A stretch of DNA of 64,000 nucleotides from the NCBI GenBank assembly GCA_964199315.1, contig OZ116701.1, positions 15,996,001 through 16,060,000 of the forward strand, written 5' to 3'. This DNA is from Orbicella franksi. Lineage: Eukaryota. The position numbers were made by a program, and so were the translations under genes. Position 1 is the stretch's first letter; every line of letters starts with the position of its first letter. Positions 22,769-34,032 of this stretch are shown here, piece after piece. Under the pieces are notes generated by a model. The model ran no database searches. It was not told where the DNA came from and saw only the letters and a list, made by a program, of their open reading frames with translations.

Positions 22769-24556
22769 TTACGTTATCTTAAGGTTTTTGAGTACATATC
22801 TGTTTCTGTGAGGGCACGAAGTTGCTAATTCATTACGTTTGTTGAGGCTACATAGGTCTTTCCTGCAGATTATTAGAAATTTTTCGTAAAGACATAAACT
22901 GCATTTTTTAGTTACGTTGTTGTAAGGCTTGGATTTTCTGAGGACTTTCCATGCTATATTGAATGGTTTCTTGGCGTCTTTCAGTTTCCATACATGTTTT
23001 GACAGTTCGGTGCTGTTTCTTTTGTTGACGTGTCGGAAGGATGTTGTATGATTTCTGAAACGTTCTTTGAAGTTTGTTGCGAGTCCTACGTATGATTCTG
23101 TTTCTGTGTCGGTTGTTACGGTTGCTTGGTATACCACGTTCGTTTCAAGGCATTTACCTTGAAGGGGACATTCGTCTTTTGTTCGGCAGTTGCACTGTTT
23201 GTTGGGTTGTTGTGTTGGGGCTGTGTTGTAATCGGAGAGGAGTGTTTTGTTGTGTGACGAGATAATGGATTTCATGTTGGGCATGCAGGAGTAGCTAAGC
23301 TTGAGCGTGTGCCTGTTGAAGATCTTGTTAAGTGGGTGGTTCTTTGGGAAGCATTTGTCGACTATGTGGAGGAACTTCTTTCCTAGGTTGGTTTTGACGT
23401 TGGAGTTCCATGGGGGATTGTACCAGGTGATGTTTCTCTTGCGGTTTCTCCTCGGTGTTTGTATGGGCTGATGGTTGTATGTCAATTTGTAGGTGTATCC
23501 GCTTTCATTTAGAGCTTTTTGGTACGGGGGTATGGCTTCGTCGAAAACCTTTTGGCTTGATGAGATGCTTGTCAGCCTTTTGTTTATGTTTTCTGGGATG
23601 TTCTTTAGTAGTTGCGGGGGGTGGTTGCTCTGTCGATGGACGTATAGTAGTTTGTTGTTGGGTTTTGTAAATGGTTTGTAGGTTCCGCTTGTGAGGTCGA
23701 AGGTTACGTCTAAAAAGTTAACTGTTTTTTTGTTTGCTTCAATCGTGATTTTGAGGCCATTCGATTTGAATACATTGGTTACTTGCTGCTTTATTTTTTC
23801 TATTTCTCTTGGCATGGCTTTGCAAACAGCTAAACCATCGTCACGATAAAGTCCCACTTGATCTTTAAATTTGGCGGTGATTAGTGACAGCATGTATGTT
23901 CCCATGAGTTCGCAGGTTTCTGCACCGTCGTAAGAACCCATAGTTACGTCGAACATGTTGTCAGTGTTCTTTTTTGTCCATGGTGACTGCTGGTGGTATA
24001 GAAGTGACTTTTTGGCGTGGGTGATAATGTGGCGGTCTTGTTGGGTGATAGTGGTGAATTGGGATGCATAGTCTAGCGCTTTCATGAGGAGCTGTTCTGA
24101 GATTGAGGGATAGAAGTCGCAGACGTCAAAGGTGATGAACGCATGCTGGGCTTTTTCTGGTATGGCTTTAAACCATTCTATGGTGTTTGATGTGCTTTTC
24201 CATTGGTTCACTTTTGTTGCGTTGATTACTTTTTTGTTTATATTATCTAGAATTTGCTTGCTTATAATTCCAATTTCTGATTTGCTTGGGTTTATAAGTC
24301 GACAGGTCGGGTTGTTCAGGAAATCTGGCTTGTGGTCTTTCATGGTAATGAATGAATCTCTGTTAGCCGAAACTTCAATGCGGTCGTCTAGCCCAAGTTT
24401 TTCTGCCACTTTCTTGTCAACAGAAGTTATCATATTCGGCACATTTTGGTTCGTCTTTTTGTAGGCTTTCGTTACGTTCTTGTGTACAAGGGTCACGTAG
24501 TCTTTCGGTTCGGTCTTGTAGTGGTTGGTTGTTTTATCTGCCTTTACGTAAATGTG
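22769..24556 (-). CDS. PLE reverse transcriptase plus GIY-YIG endonuclease ORF, N-terminally truncated, no internal stops
   Basis: Provided 605-aa ORF. The first ~10 codons derive from the inversion junction; the genuine part begins near IYVKADKTTN. Confidence 0.9.
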   Translation of the reverse strand, partial: HIYVKADKTTNHYKTEPKDYVTLVHKNVTKAYKKTNQNVPNMITSVDKKVAEKLGLDDRIEVSANRDSFITMKDHKPDFLNNPTCRLINPSKSEIGIISKQILDNINKKVINATKVNQWKSTSNTIEWFKAIPEKAQHAFITFDVCDFYPSISEQLLMKALDYASQFTTITQQDRHIITHAKKSLLYHQQSPWTKKNTDNMFDVTMGSYDGAETCELMGTYMLSLITAKFKDQVGLYRDDGLAVCKAMPREIEKIKQQVTNVFKSNGLKITIEANKKTVNFLDVTFDLTSGTYKPFTKPNNKLLYVHRQSNHPPQLLKNIPENINKRLTSISSSQKVFDEAIPPYQKALNESGYTYKLTYNHQPIQTPRRNRKRNITWYNPPWNSNVKTNLGKKFLHIVDKCFPKNHPLNKIFNRHTLKLSYSCMPNMKSIISSHNKTLLSDYNTAPTQQPNKQCNCRTKDECPLQGKCLETNVVYQATVTTDTETESYVGLATNFKERFRNHTTSFRHVNKRNSTELSKHVWKLKDAKKPFNIAWKVLRKSKPYNNVTKKCSLCLYEKFLIICRKDLCSLNKRNELATSCPHRNRYVLKNLKIT

Positions 24557-25310
24557 CCAAAAAGCTCTAAATGAAAGCGGATACACCTACAAATTGACAT
24601 ACAACCATCAGCCCATACAAACACCGAGGAGAAACCGCAAGAGAAACATCACCTGGTACAATCCCCCATGGAACTCCAACGTCAAAACCAACCTAGGAAA
24701 GAAGTTCCTCCACATAGTCGACAAATGCTTCCCAAAGAACCACCCACTTAACAAGATCTTCAACAGGCACACGCTCAAGCTTAGCTACTCCTGCATGCCC
24801 AACATGAAATCCATTATCTCGTCACACAACAAAACACTCCTCTCCGATTACAACACAGCCCCAACACAACAACCCAACAAACAGTGCAACTGCCGAACAA
24901 AAGACGAATGTCCCCTTCAAGGTAAATGCCTTGAAACGAACGTGGTATACCAAGCAACCGTAACAACCGACACAGAAACAGAATCATACGTAGGACTCGC
25001 AACAAACTTCAAAGAACGTTTCAGAAATCATACAACATCCTTCCGACACGTCAACAAAAGAAACAGCACCGAACTGTCAAAACATGTATGGAAACTGAAA
25101 GACGCCAAGAAACCATTCAATATAGCATGGAAAGTCCTCAGAAAATCCAAGCCTTACAACAACGTAACTAAAAAATGCAGTTTATGTCTTTACGAAAAAT
25201 TTCTAATAATCTGCAGGAAAGACCTATGTAGCCTCAACAAACGTAATGAATTAGCAACTTCGTGCCCTCACAGAAACAGATATGTACTCAAAAACCTTAA
25301 GATAACGTAA
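24557..25310 (+). CDS. Inverted duplicate of the C-terminal (thumb/linker/GIY-YIG) part of the PLE ORF
   Basis: From QKALNES onward the 252-aa ORF is identical to the C-terminus of the 605-aa ORF. Confidence 0.85.
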
Positions 25311-25387
25311 CGCAATAATCAGCACCATAGCAACTATTTGAATTTGTATTTAACCGCCAGCATTTAAATTAACCGGTCATTCGTTGA

Positions 25388-25443
25388 TGTTGCCTGATGA
25401 GTGTGGTCACTTGTTGACCATACGAAACAGGTCTGTAGCAATA
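25388..25443 (+). ncRNA. Type I hammerhead ribozyme motif (pLTR, plus copy)
   Basis: TGTTGC-CTGATGA-GTGTGGTCA-CTTGT-TGACCATAC-GAAA-CAG-GT-CTG-TA|GCAATA: canonical core, long stem II, GUA cleavage triplet. Confidence 0.8.
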
Positions 25444-25547
25444 AAACGATGAATCACTCCTGAAGTCCTGAACTACATTTAATGAATATACTATGCTCCC
25501 CTAAGAGTTGAGAGCTTTTTGAAATCCATTCACCACAAGGAAATAGA

Positions 25548-25550
<3 letters not shown>

Positions 25551-25592
<42 letters not shown>
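25551..25592. repeat. (TA)n microsatellite, right flank of the PLE
   Basis: Read directly. Confidence 0.95.
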
Positions 25593-25596
<4 letters not shown>

Positions 25597-26070
25597 TGTG
25601 TGTACGGTGGCGGATCTGGGAGAATATAGGGCCTATGAGCCAAAAATGTATATTCCTCCCCCCGTTATTTCAATAAAATAGTGTTCATCTGTCGGTTCAT
25701 TTACTATTATTAGGTAAATAGTATAGTTTGAATTTTCTTTTTTTCTGGATGTATATTTCACTTGTCATACACCGTATTGTAAGATCTTAGTTTTAGCATT
25801 TTAATATCAGATCTGTTTCGCTGAAATTAATATTCATGTTTTACTGATTTTCATTTTTTGTGTATCTTCCTCAGAAAATATGATCTGCCAAAGAGATTAC
25901 ACCAAACTTCTATGTATTTTTAATAACTGGTGTAATTTTGACACCGATCTGATTAAACTGATTCAAAATGCTTGGTATGGTCCAGAACAAATTTTTTTAA
26001 AGATATTTTAATAAAATGTAAATTACTTTTTGTGGTTACTGGAAGTAATCGTTATGTCATCGGGTCCGTT

Positions 26071-26126
<56 letters not shown>
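26071..26126 (+). repeat. (AGTA)n microsatellite, possibly the tail of a very short retroposon remnant
   Basis: Read directly; lies at the edge of the 26030-27830 insertion that is absent from copy 1. Confidence 0.85.
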
Positions 26127-26129
26127 TAT

Positions 26130-26300
26130 ACAGTACCGATGAAATGTAAGTTGACAGTCACTCGAAACTCGAACGACTCGACTCGATCCTCGATCCTCGA
26201 AACTCGAAAACTTCGAGTATCGAGTCTCGAGTCGAGTCCTTCGAGTTTCGAGTCGAGTCCTTCGAGTATCGAGTCGAATCATTCGAGTTTCGAGTCGAAG
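26130..26300. repeat. TCGAG/CTCGA-rich palindromic low-complexity array, probably the subterminal region of a DNA element
   Basis: Repeated ACTCGA, TCGAGT and CCTTCGAGT units; no matching opposite terminus found. Confidence 0.5.
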
Positions 26301-28457
26301 TGACAAAGAATTTAGCGCTCGATTGATTTTTCCTGTACGTGTCAATCTTTCGAGTCGCGACTCCAGAGGCGGTAGGCGACTCTACATTTGTAAATCGGTT
26401 GGCTTAGTTAAATCGATTGTTTTGTCCCTCGGTTGAACTTCTTTCGATCTGGAGTTAATTATCGTTCAATTCAGAGTAACAACAGAGTAACAGTTCTGAA
26501 GACGACGCTGAGTTTCGTTTAAATCAACTGTACGAAGGGCTCAATAGAAATCAGAAACGTTAACTCTCGAGGTGCGTACGCGACTTGATATCACCAGCTT
26601 CCAATCGGTTGTTGGTTTTGACGCTTGGTATGAACACATTTCTTTCGATTCAGAGCTATCTTTAATCCATTCGCTGATGATTTCACGGGAACTTTTCCGG
26701 TCAGTTTTCAATTCGACGCTGGGTTTGTTTTTACGGCTCGATAGAAGGTGGAAACTCTCGAAGCGGGTTGTTTCCCGCAGACAAGAAAATGCACGTCAAA
26801 ATTGAAAGATCTTATCTTCCGCTGAAGTTACATGTAAGAACAATTGTTCGATTACCTATAATAATGTCACAAAAATTAAGATATATCAACTGTTAAAGCT
26901 GTTAAATAAAAAAAAAATGAATAAATCAGTGGAAAACCTTTCTGCTTCATTCAATCTAGAATTTTACTAGCCGTGAGAAGCAACGATTCTGATTGGCCAG
27001 CCTGTAATTGTAAGCCAACAAAAAGAGTCAACACAGTCTTTTCGTCTGGGATCCGTCTAGGTTTTTTACGAAGGCACACGAAGTTTTGTTTGTAGTTTAA
27101 ACCAAGTTGTTATGTTAAACATGCCTTAATGTAACAGAAGTTCACACGACATGAGTAATTTAATGCTGCCATGCAAGTTTCGCAGTTTCATCGAGTCGCA
27201 CAAACATAATCGGCGAAAATCACGAAAATGAACATTATGCAAATTCAAGTAAGTAAGGTAGTCCGTGACTTCTTGGATCTCACGAAGCGAGGCCGAAAAT
27301 ACTTCGAGATTTGCTCAAGTTCTTTTGATCGATTTTCACCTTCAAAACGCGAGTTTTCGTGAAAATGACTACTTTTACTGTTTAAAATTGCTTCCGTTTA
27401 ATTTGATATCTCTATTGGAGTGAAAAAATTGCGAAAACATAGCGTTACGGAGCATTACGAATGACTACTACGATCTCTAACCGCTGACCGCACGAAGGAC
27501 ATTGCAGACTCGTTTTCCCACGCTCTTCGACATGACGTGACATCGTTTGGATAATCATATATGTTTGTGAGTGGCCGCAATGTTTTCTTAGTTTTCCATC
27601 TTTCTTTCTCATATAACCAGACATAGCTTTCACCGAATGTGCCAAAGTATTTTTCTCGAAGAATCTTGCAGTATTTTGAGCGGTTTGCGAAAGGCTTTGA
27701 TTGGAAATACGATTGTTACGTGCCTTGAAAGCATCCATCGGGCAAATAAATGCACATTCTCAAATTGATATGTACCGTTGTGGTTAATCACTATCCAGTA
27801 ACCACATGTCTTCTCAGAGGGCTTTTGTTTCATATCGGCATTGCCCTTACGTCGACGCGGTTACTACTAAAGCTCATTAATTGGTACAAGAAAAAGCCCG
27901 TCTTCGGTGTCCCTCAATTTCAGTTACTTTTGGAGCATGTCAGTCATCTTGACCATCGTTAATAGAGGGAAATGGTTATGAAACTTAGCAAAGTTCTTTG
28001 TTGTTTGTTTTTGTTGGCTATTTTGGGCTTGACCCTGCGCAAAACCTGACAAATTAAAAAGGTGGTTATGTATGCTCATGCAACTAACCAATAGAAGCAT
28101 TGCGATTATGTAATTCATACATAGTCAATGAGAAAAAACGGAAAAGATGTGCAGGGTCAAGGGCATTCCAACATAAATCTTAGCCTCTTTGTTTGTTTCT
28201 TTGAGGTTTACCAGGCTTCTTAACCATTCCCTCTATTAACTATGTCTCGAGATTTGATACTTTAGCGTAATTCACGGTTCTGCGGATATGAAACCTCCCG
28301 AGTCGCTTGCGAAAAGCGTTCCCTAGAATTGTCTTAATATTGCGACTAAATTATTTTAATTACAGCGGTTAGGAGTGAGTTGGTCGAACGTCAAGTAAAA
28401 TTTGCATAAAAAAGATATGTTGAAATACATTTTTTCAGTACTCCTGATTTCACTCAC

Positions 28458-28788
28458 CATGCACATCAGCTGAATCTTTTGAAGCAGTTAAGTTGTTTCG
28501 AGACAGCATCATTGTTAAAGCTAAAACCAAAGTGGCAACAGCAGTCAGGAAAGCAACAGCAACGACAGCGGCTGCAACTAACAGCATTGGACGGAATGCC
28601 ACTGTATCCGGTTCTTTGGCTGGTTGTCGTTTCGTCTTTGTCTCGTGCGCAGATGTCTCAATGCTCGCTCGTTTTGTTGCAGGGTTTTCGCTGTTGCCAT
28701 TTCCATCATCATAGGTTCTGGCCTCAGTTCTCTTTTTGGATTCCATCTCGAAATAAATGGTGTCTTTTCCGACTTCTGCTTTATCCAT
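28458..28788 (-). CDS. G2 exon 1 (type A): cytoplasmic tail and TM helix
   Basis: MDKAEVGKDTIYFEMESKKRTEARTYDD...LVAAAVVAVAFLTAVATLVLALTMMLSRNN...SADVH-G|GTGAGT; phase 1; 331 nt. Confidence 0.85.
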
Positions 28789-28871
28789 CGTTTAATGGTA
28801 AGGGATGTTCCTCTTCCACAGTAATATTATATAACTAGATGCCCAAACCTATGTCAAGCCCAAAACAATGT

Positions 28872-28986
28872 TTCCCCGAAATCTTTTTACTCCGTCATGT
28901 GATGAGGGTTTTTGACATTAGTTTTCAGTATTTGCATTCCAGATCGGAACAAGTAGAAACGCGTTGCTTTTCGGAATTTCCCTGAA
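28872..28986. promoter_or_regulatory. Candidate GAS (28872-28880), M-box (28894-28902) and kappaB/GAS (28973-28986) sites upstream of G2
   Basis: TTCCCCGAA; GTCATGTGA; GGAATTTCCC overlapping TTCCCTGAA. Confidence 0.4.
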
Positions 28987-31071
28987 GCAATTGTCTGGAG
29001 ACAGTCACCAAAGGATTTTTGTAACAAACAAAGATTATGTGCATTCTAGTTCGAAACCAGACGGTCATTAGTTCCATAGAACTTTTAAAAATCAAACTTG
29101 ACCTGTTGTTTGAAAAACATGCGCTGATAGCCGCTCACACTATATGCCAGCATAGTCACGGTACATCAGCTCAGCGACCTTCACAACTTCAACGTTTTGA
29201 TTGGTCACCTGGCGTAGGATATCCATCACTGTAGGTACAATTTCTCAATCAAAAGCTCAATTAGAAACCCTGTGAAAGCTTTCGGAAAAAGACTTATTAA
29301 GAGAAAAAGTCTAATCAAAGGTGTAAATTATGGGAGTTCTTGTGTTTCAGAGGCAAAGTCGTGTTTCAGTGTCCGTAGCCCGAGGGCTCGGGCTCCCCAG
29401 CTAAGTCTGGTTCGTTCATTTTGACTGCTGAAGTACTTCTTAGTCCCTCGACGTAAATATTGCTATATCAACTGCCAATCAGAAAATTGTTCGTATCATT
29501 CATTTTGCCTTTTATTTATTTTTTTGTGATTGTTACATACCTTTTCCTGTTATTATTTTGATCTCGAAATGAAAAAATGAAATTTTGGAGGGAAAAAATG
29601 TACCGTGAATTGTCGTATTTTGTTTGCTAATGCCATTGTTAAACGATTCCAGCAAATGGAAAAAGGAATAATTCTGCAACAGGTAATTTATCTAGTTCAA
29701 GCTCAAAATCCCATACAAGTGCACGCATGATTATTTGTTAATTTTGCAAACTGTCCAAATTTAATACATATACGAATTAGGGCCTGTAGCGATTCCAGAT
29801 ATATGTTACTGACAGAGAATAACTGAAGAGTAACGTATCTTAACTGCCTGACTGGTGGTGTCGGACGAACATTCGACCTGCCTGTGGCATCCATGAAGTT
29901 CCAAGAAAGAGAAGTTTGGTACATTGTTTCTGTTGTTGACGAGAAGGAATGCCAACAGCATACAACAAGGCTAGTAGTTTTAAAACATGATGCAGTTATT
30001 GGGTGCCTAAATTGATGATGCTCGTATTTGTAAAGTGTTAGACAAGGTTTACGCTAGTAAATTTGGCACTGCAACACCCGTTCAAAATTCCTGTTAATGT
30101 TCAAAATCCACATGCAACCGATTATAGTAAGTCCGTTGAAAATGTTTTTCTAATCCGGCGCAAAGAAAAGCCTTCTCGTGAACTGTTCGCCCAAAGCAAT
30201 TTACTGTTCTACTTTTGTTGTTATTGTTACGTCATTCTATTGACTAATTTGCGCATTATGCTTGCGTCACACAAACGAGAAAGGCAGCATTCACTACCTT
30301 ATAGGAATTTAAGATTTGCTTGGGGTTCTTGGAATCTCGCTCTGCACTGTGCAAAAGACAAGCTACTAAAGGCACTGATCTTCTAAGCTACTTCACTTGA
30401 CCACAAGACTCTCATGAAGAGCTTTTCTTTTACTTTGGTACATATAAATTTATTCCATAAACGAAGAACGTTGTTTCCAGATGTAATAGTGTTTGATTTA
30501 AATTGGAACCTGAACCTATTATGTTACATCAAACGAATGAAATAAGCTGAATACAGATGCAATAGCTTTCAAAGAAACAGAGTTCTTTTTTGTGAATTCT
30601 ATGATTTAATGATGACCAACTTCTCCATTCCTCTTACCAAAATGGATGACACTGAGTTGGTCATTTTTGTGTATTTAAATTGGACGGAGCCTAACTCTCA
30701 ATTGAGGGCAATGAGTGGGAAAGTTCTGAAATACAACTGTCATGTAGCAATTCCCTGCAATAGTCTAATTATTTACAGTCCTTAGTTCCAGCACTCTTTG
30801 GCAGTATATCTGTTGTGGTTCAATTTTACCGCTGGCACAGTCTGGTACTTTCCTTTGGTTTCCATTCATTATCGCATATTAGGCACACACCAGAACAAAG
30901 AAAAAGACCAGATTGTACCTAGCATCTACGAAGAGCTAAATTGAACCACGACATATCTAATAAGAAAGTAGTTTTTACACACGTAATGATCGTGATTGTC
31001 AGTTTTGGAAAAATTATAGTTTTACAAATGCTACGACTATGTGTGACACGTTGCAGTGGCTCGTCACTTAA

Positions 31072-31683
31072 GGTGGCTCCATAGGGTAATAATTTATGCG
31101 TTGCGCGCGCAAGTGTTATGTTTTGAATGCTGTTTTTGCATTCGCTTTCACACCTAGTCCTCTCAAACTTATTACATGTAATAAGCAAAGATTAAATAGT
31201 GTTTTGCTTTCATCTCTGTTAAAATTTGGGATTTAGTCTTAAATAATAAATGCCCAAACAAAAGTGTTTTTTACTGGTTTTATGGCTTTATTTGTGATTT
31301 TCATGAATTTCCCTCAGTGAAATCTTCCAAAGTTTTTACATCACATCGCTTCCAGCGGGATACGAATTTTAAACACGAAAAAAGTAGGGGTTGTGAAGGC
31401 AGTTTTTTCGATATTTTCAAATTTATGTCTTTTACCGCTGCAAAAAATGTGGTCTTATAGATTTCCCTGAAAAACGAGCTCCGACTAAAGTAAAATATTT
31501 TCTACCAATCTGCCAAATTTTACGGAATTTCACCGTAGGAAACGCGAGAAAATTCACCGTCAGTTTTGCTTTTTGTGCTCGTGTTGACGTAATAAAATAT
31601 CGAAAAACACTGAAGTTTTCCTTTGAGCGCGCGCAGATTACTTCCTCAGCGCTTGCGCGATCGTAAAACCATAGGGAGCCACC
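31072..31683. mobile_element. Non-autonomous TTAA-targeting element (Kolobok-like), 612 bp
   Basis: TTAA-GGTGGCTCC...GGAGCCACC-TTAA. The empty site CACTTAAAAGG is present in the paralog at ~18009-18019. Confidence 0.88.
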
Positions 31684-31759
31684 TTAAAAGGTAATTATCA
31701 AGAGAAGTTGCTACCACCGCGCCTGGATTGAATTGCTTCCTCTGTCAGTTCACGATTAG

Positions 31760-31930
31760 TTATGTTGGACACTCCCAGTAGTGAATGTAACAATACATCT
31801 GGGAGTCCCCACTAGTCAGAGTACCCTTGCATGTACACGTGTATTTTCTTTTTCCACAAGATATGCTGCTCGAAAGTGTCACAAATTTTGCGTCATTCGA
31901 GTCACAGTTAACACCAAGAAACTTCTTACC
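31760..31930 (-). CDS. G3 exon 5 (last; Cys-rich domain)
   Basis: CAG|GKKFLGVNCDSNDAKFVTLSSSISCGKRKYTCTCKGTLTSGDSQMYCYIHYWECPT*; 171 nt. Confidence 0.9.
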   Translation of the reverse strand, partial: GKKFLGVNCDSNDAKFVTLSSSISCGKRKYTCTCKGTLTSGDSQMYCYIHYWECPT

Positions 31931-32050
31931 CTGCAACATATAAAATATAGTCGATGAAGTTAATAACAAAAGAATTTATTTAACATATTGCGTAATTTCA
32001 TGTTTCATAGGGAAAAAGCCAGACTTTACTATAATTACTTTTAAACCTAC

Positions 32051-32239
32051 ATTTAATTCAGTTTTTTCGACGACTGCGGTTGCATATGTATCCGGGGTTT
32101 TGCCAGCGCTGGATCCTTTTACGTAAGAACAAAGTGTCAGATTGCCAGAGCCAGGTGATCCGGGGGGTCCAGGAGGGCCCTGGGTACCATTGTATCCAGG
32201 TGGTCCCTCGGGAAGCGGAGCTTTACTTGCATTAGTCAC
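32051..32239 (-). CDS. G3 exon 4 (short collagen, ~7 triplets, plus start of the Cys-rich domain)
   Basis: TTCCAG|[63 protein letters not shown]|GTAGGT; 189 nt; phase 0-0. Confidence 0.9.
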
Positions 32240-32823
32240 CTGGAATACCAAAAGAAGTTGTTTATATGGTTGTGTTGAGCTACAGTAGGTGCTCAGTTGC
32301 AACCGCGTCTCAGAATCGAATCATGAAAGCAACTGAAAGCGAAACTTAATTGAAGCTGTATTCTTCTAATCATCAAAAGACAACTAGTTTTAGGTTTGTT
32401 AGGACAAATATATAATCGAGATGCTAAATTATGGCTCACAGCTACGGTGTATTTAGTTTTCGCAACTCATGATAATTTCAGTTTGTTTCAGCCACTGCCT
32501 CTAACCTACAAAAAAGATCTACCCTATGTAGAATAACTCTGTTTTGCACTCTGGTGTCGGCTTCTCTACTATGGTCCATTCCATCTACGAGAAGCGCTTG
32601 CAATGGTAGTTGTGCTCATCAAAACACTGCAATTGATGACTACAACTACCATGATTCCTTGAAGGTGCATCTCACTGAGGAAACTGGCCACTGACTAGCA
32701 CTACCACAAGCACTACGTTGCCACCACCACCGGCAGCACCTGCATCTGCGCCACCGCCACCATCACTGTCATTCCGTTCTTAACTTTACCATAGCTAGAC
32801 AACGCTGCTCTCGTCCCAATTAC

Positions 32824-32895
32824 CTTTTGATCCAGCTCCATGATTTGTTGTTGGACATCGATTAGCTTCTCAGTTAGACTTGCGTTCACTCCTTC
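32824..32895 (-). CDS. G3 exon 3 (heptad-like helical spacer)
   Basis: TACAG|EGVNASLTEKLIDVQQQIMELDQK|GTAATT; 72 nt; phase 0-0; keeps the frame between exons 2 and 4. Confidence 0.75.
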
Positions 32896-33528
32896 CTGTA
32901 TCGCAAACCAGAGATGTGTCGTATTTTGATCCTTAAATAGATGAAAGGAAAGTGATTCAAAAGCTGAGCGACTCAATATGTTACATGCGTAAGAGTAATC
33001 AAATAGATTGTTTACATGTCGAAACTAAGTGTTTGTGTTTGGATTTTTCTTCTGCTAGTGTGAAGAGTTTTTGTGACTAAGTAGATTTTTTCAGTTAATA
33101 ACTTTCACCGGTCGGTTTTTTTTTCAACTGTAATTCATCCTGTTATCATCTTAACGAGTTTCTAATTTCTCTCGTGATAAGGAGAGAAATTAGAAAAGGT
33201 CGGTGAAATTTTACAGAACTGTAAAATAATCTAATATTTTAATTGAGTTTTAAGTGACGTCTTAAACGCGGTTCACTTTAAGTTTCTTCTAGCGATTTAG
33301 TTTCTAGTTCCTTTACGACAGAAGAGCTTTAACCTAAATTAAAAAATGTTAGATGTGTGTTTGCATTAGCGAAAAAAAAAAAGAAAAAAAAAAACATTAC
33401 CGCCCCTCGTTAACCTTGTAAAATCGAAGTACAGTCACCTTCATCAGTGAAGAATTAAAAAAATGGCCGAGTAGGCAAAAAGGTTTACAGGGAAGTGGCT
33501 ACAGCGAATGTACTAATGTATAGCCTAC

Positions 33529-33590
33529 CATTTTATTGCTTGTCCAGAATTGAACATAAGAAATGTTGTCCTTTATTTGCTTCACCTCAG
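33529..33590 (-). CDS. G3 exon 2
   Basis: TAG|(A)EVKQIKDNISYVQFWTSNKM|GTAGGC; 62 nt; phase 1-0; homologous 62-nt exons occur at 43734-43673 and 58395-58334. Confidence 0.82.
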
Positions 33591-34032
33591 CTACTAGATT
33601 CGTCAATGACTCTAGTAAAAAAGAAGAAAAAACCAAAACGTAAATTAATAAATGAATGATTAATAGATACATGTAGGAAGACTGACAGCAATACAGACGG
33701 AGAAACAACGAAACAAATTCCTGCAGTTTGTGAATTTTATTCTTACTGAATTATTCGGAAATTCCTCGTGCTAATTTCTGCGCACAAGCATGTTCGATTG
33801 AGCAAATGAAAATCACTACCCCGTACCGGAAGTCATTGGGGGCGACACCGGTTGCATGACGAGTGGTACATGCATGTCAGCTGCGTGCTCAGCTGGCGAT
33901 CAGTATACGAGTCCAACTTTTTACGTTTCTGTCATACGTGACTTACTTTTCGGGCTGATAATCGACATGTTGTGCAATTTATAACACTGTTGCCCGCTAC
34001 ACGCAGTGAAAACAGTTTGTGATTGTACTTAC

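Larger units (their letters stand above)
22589..25490 (-). mobile_element. Young Penelope-like retroelement (probably Naiad clade), 5'-truncated, with inverted duplication of its 3' 934 bp
   Basis: RT motifs CRLINPSKSEIG, FDVCDFYPSI, FDVTMGSYDGAE, YRDDGL and NFLDV, followed by CNC..CPL..CL and GIY-YIG-type VYQA..YVGL..FKER. Arms 22589-23522 and 24557-25490 are near-identical. Confidence 0.92.
19585..29530. repeat. Segmental duplication alpha, copy 2 (interrupted by insertions at ~22480-25600 and ~26030-27830)
   Basis: Colinear with 1363-6830; boundaries approximate. Confidence 0.88.

Noticed and set aside
22769-24586. Selenocysteine recoding, reported for some Naiad elements
   Set aside because: No in-frame TGA in the retained ORF, which ends in TAA; no SECIS identified. 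The missing N-terminus cannot be assessed.
27445-27738. 97-aa ORF with CPSC, and other isolated 60-100-aa ORFs (47315-47566, 60977-61162, 30063-30386)
   Set aside because: No recognisable domain, splice context or paralog conservation; lengths are expected by chance.
33591-33611. Upstream acceptor for G3 exon 2 adding ESLTNLV
   Set aside because: The AG is not present in G4 or G5 (TG instead), whereas the downstream AG with a TTGAC/TTAAC branch point is conserved in all three. It could still be a minor alternative.
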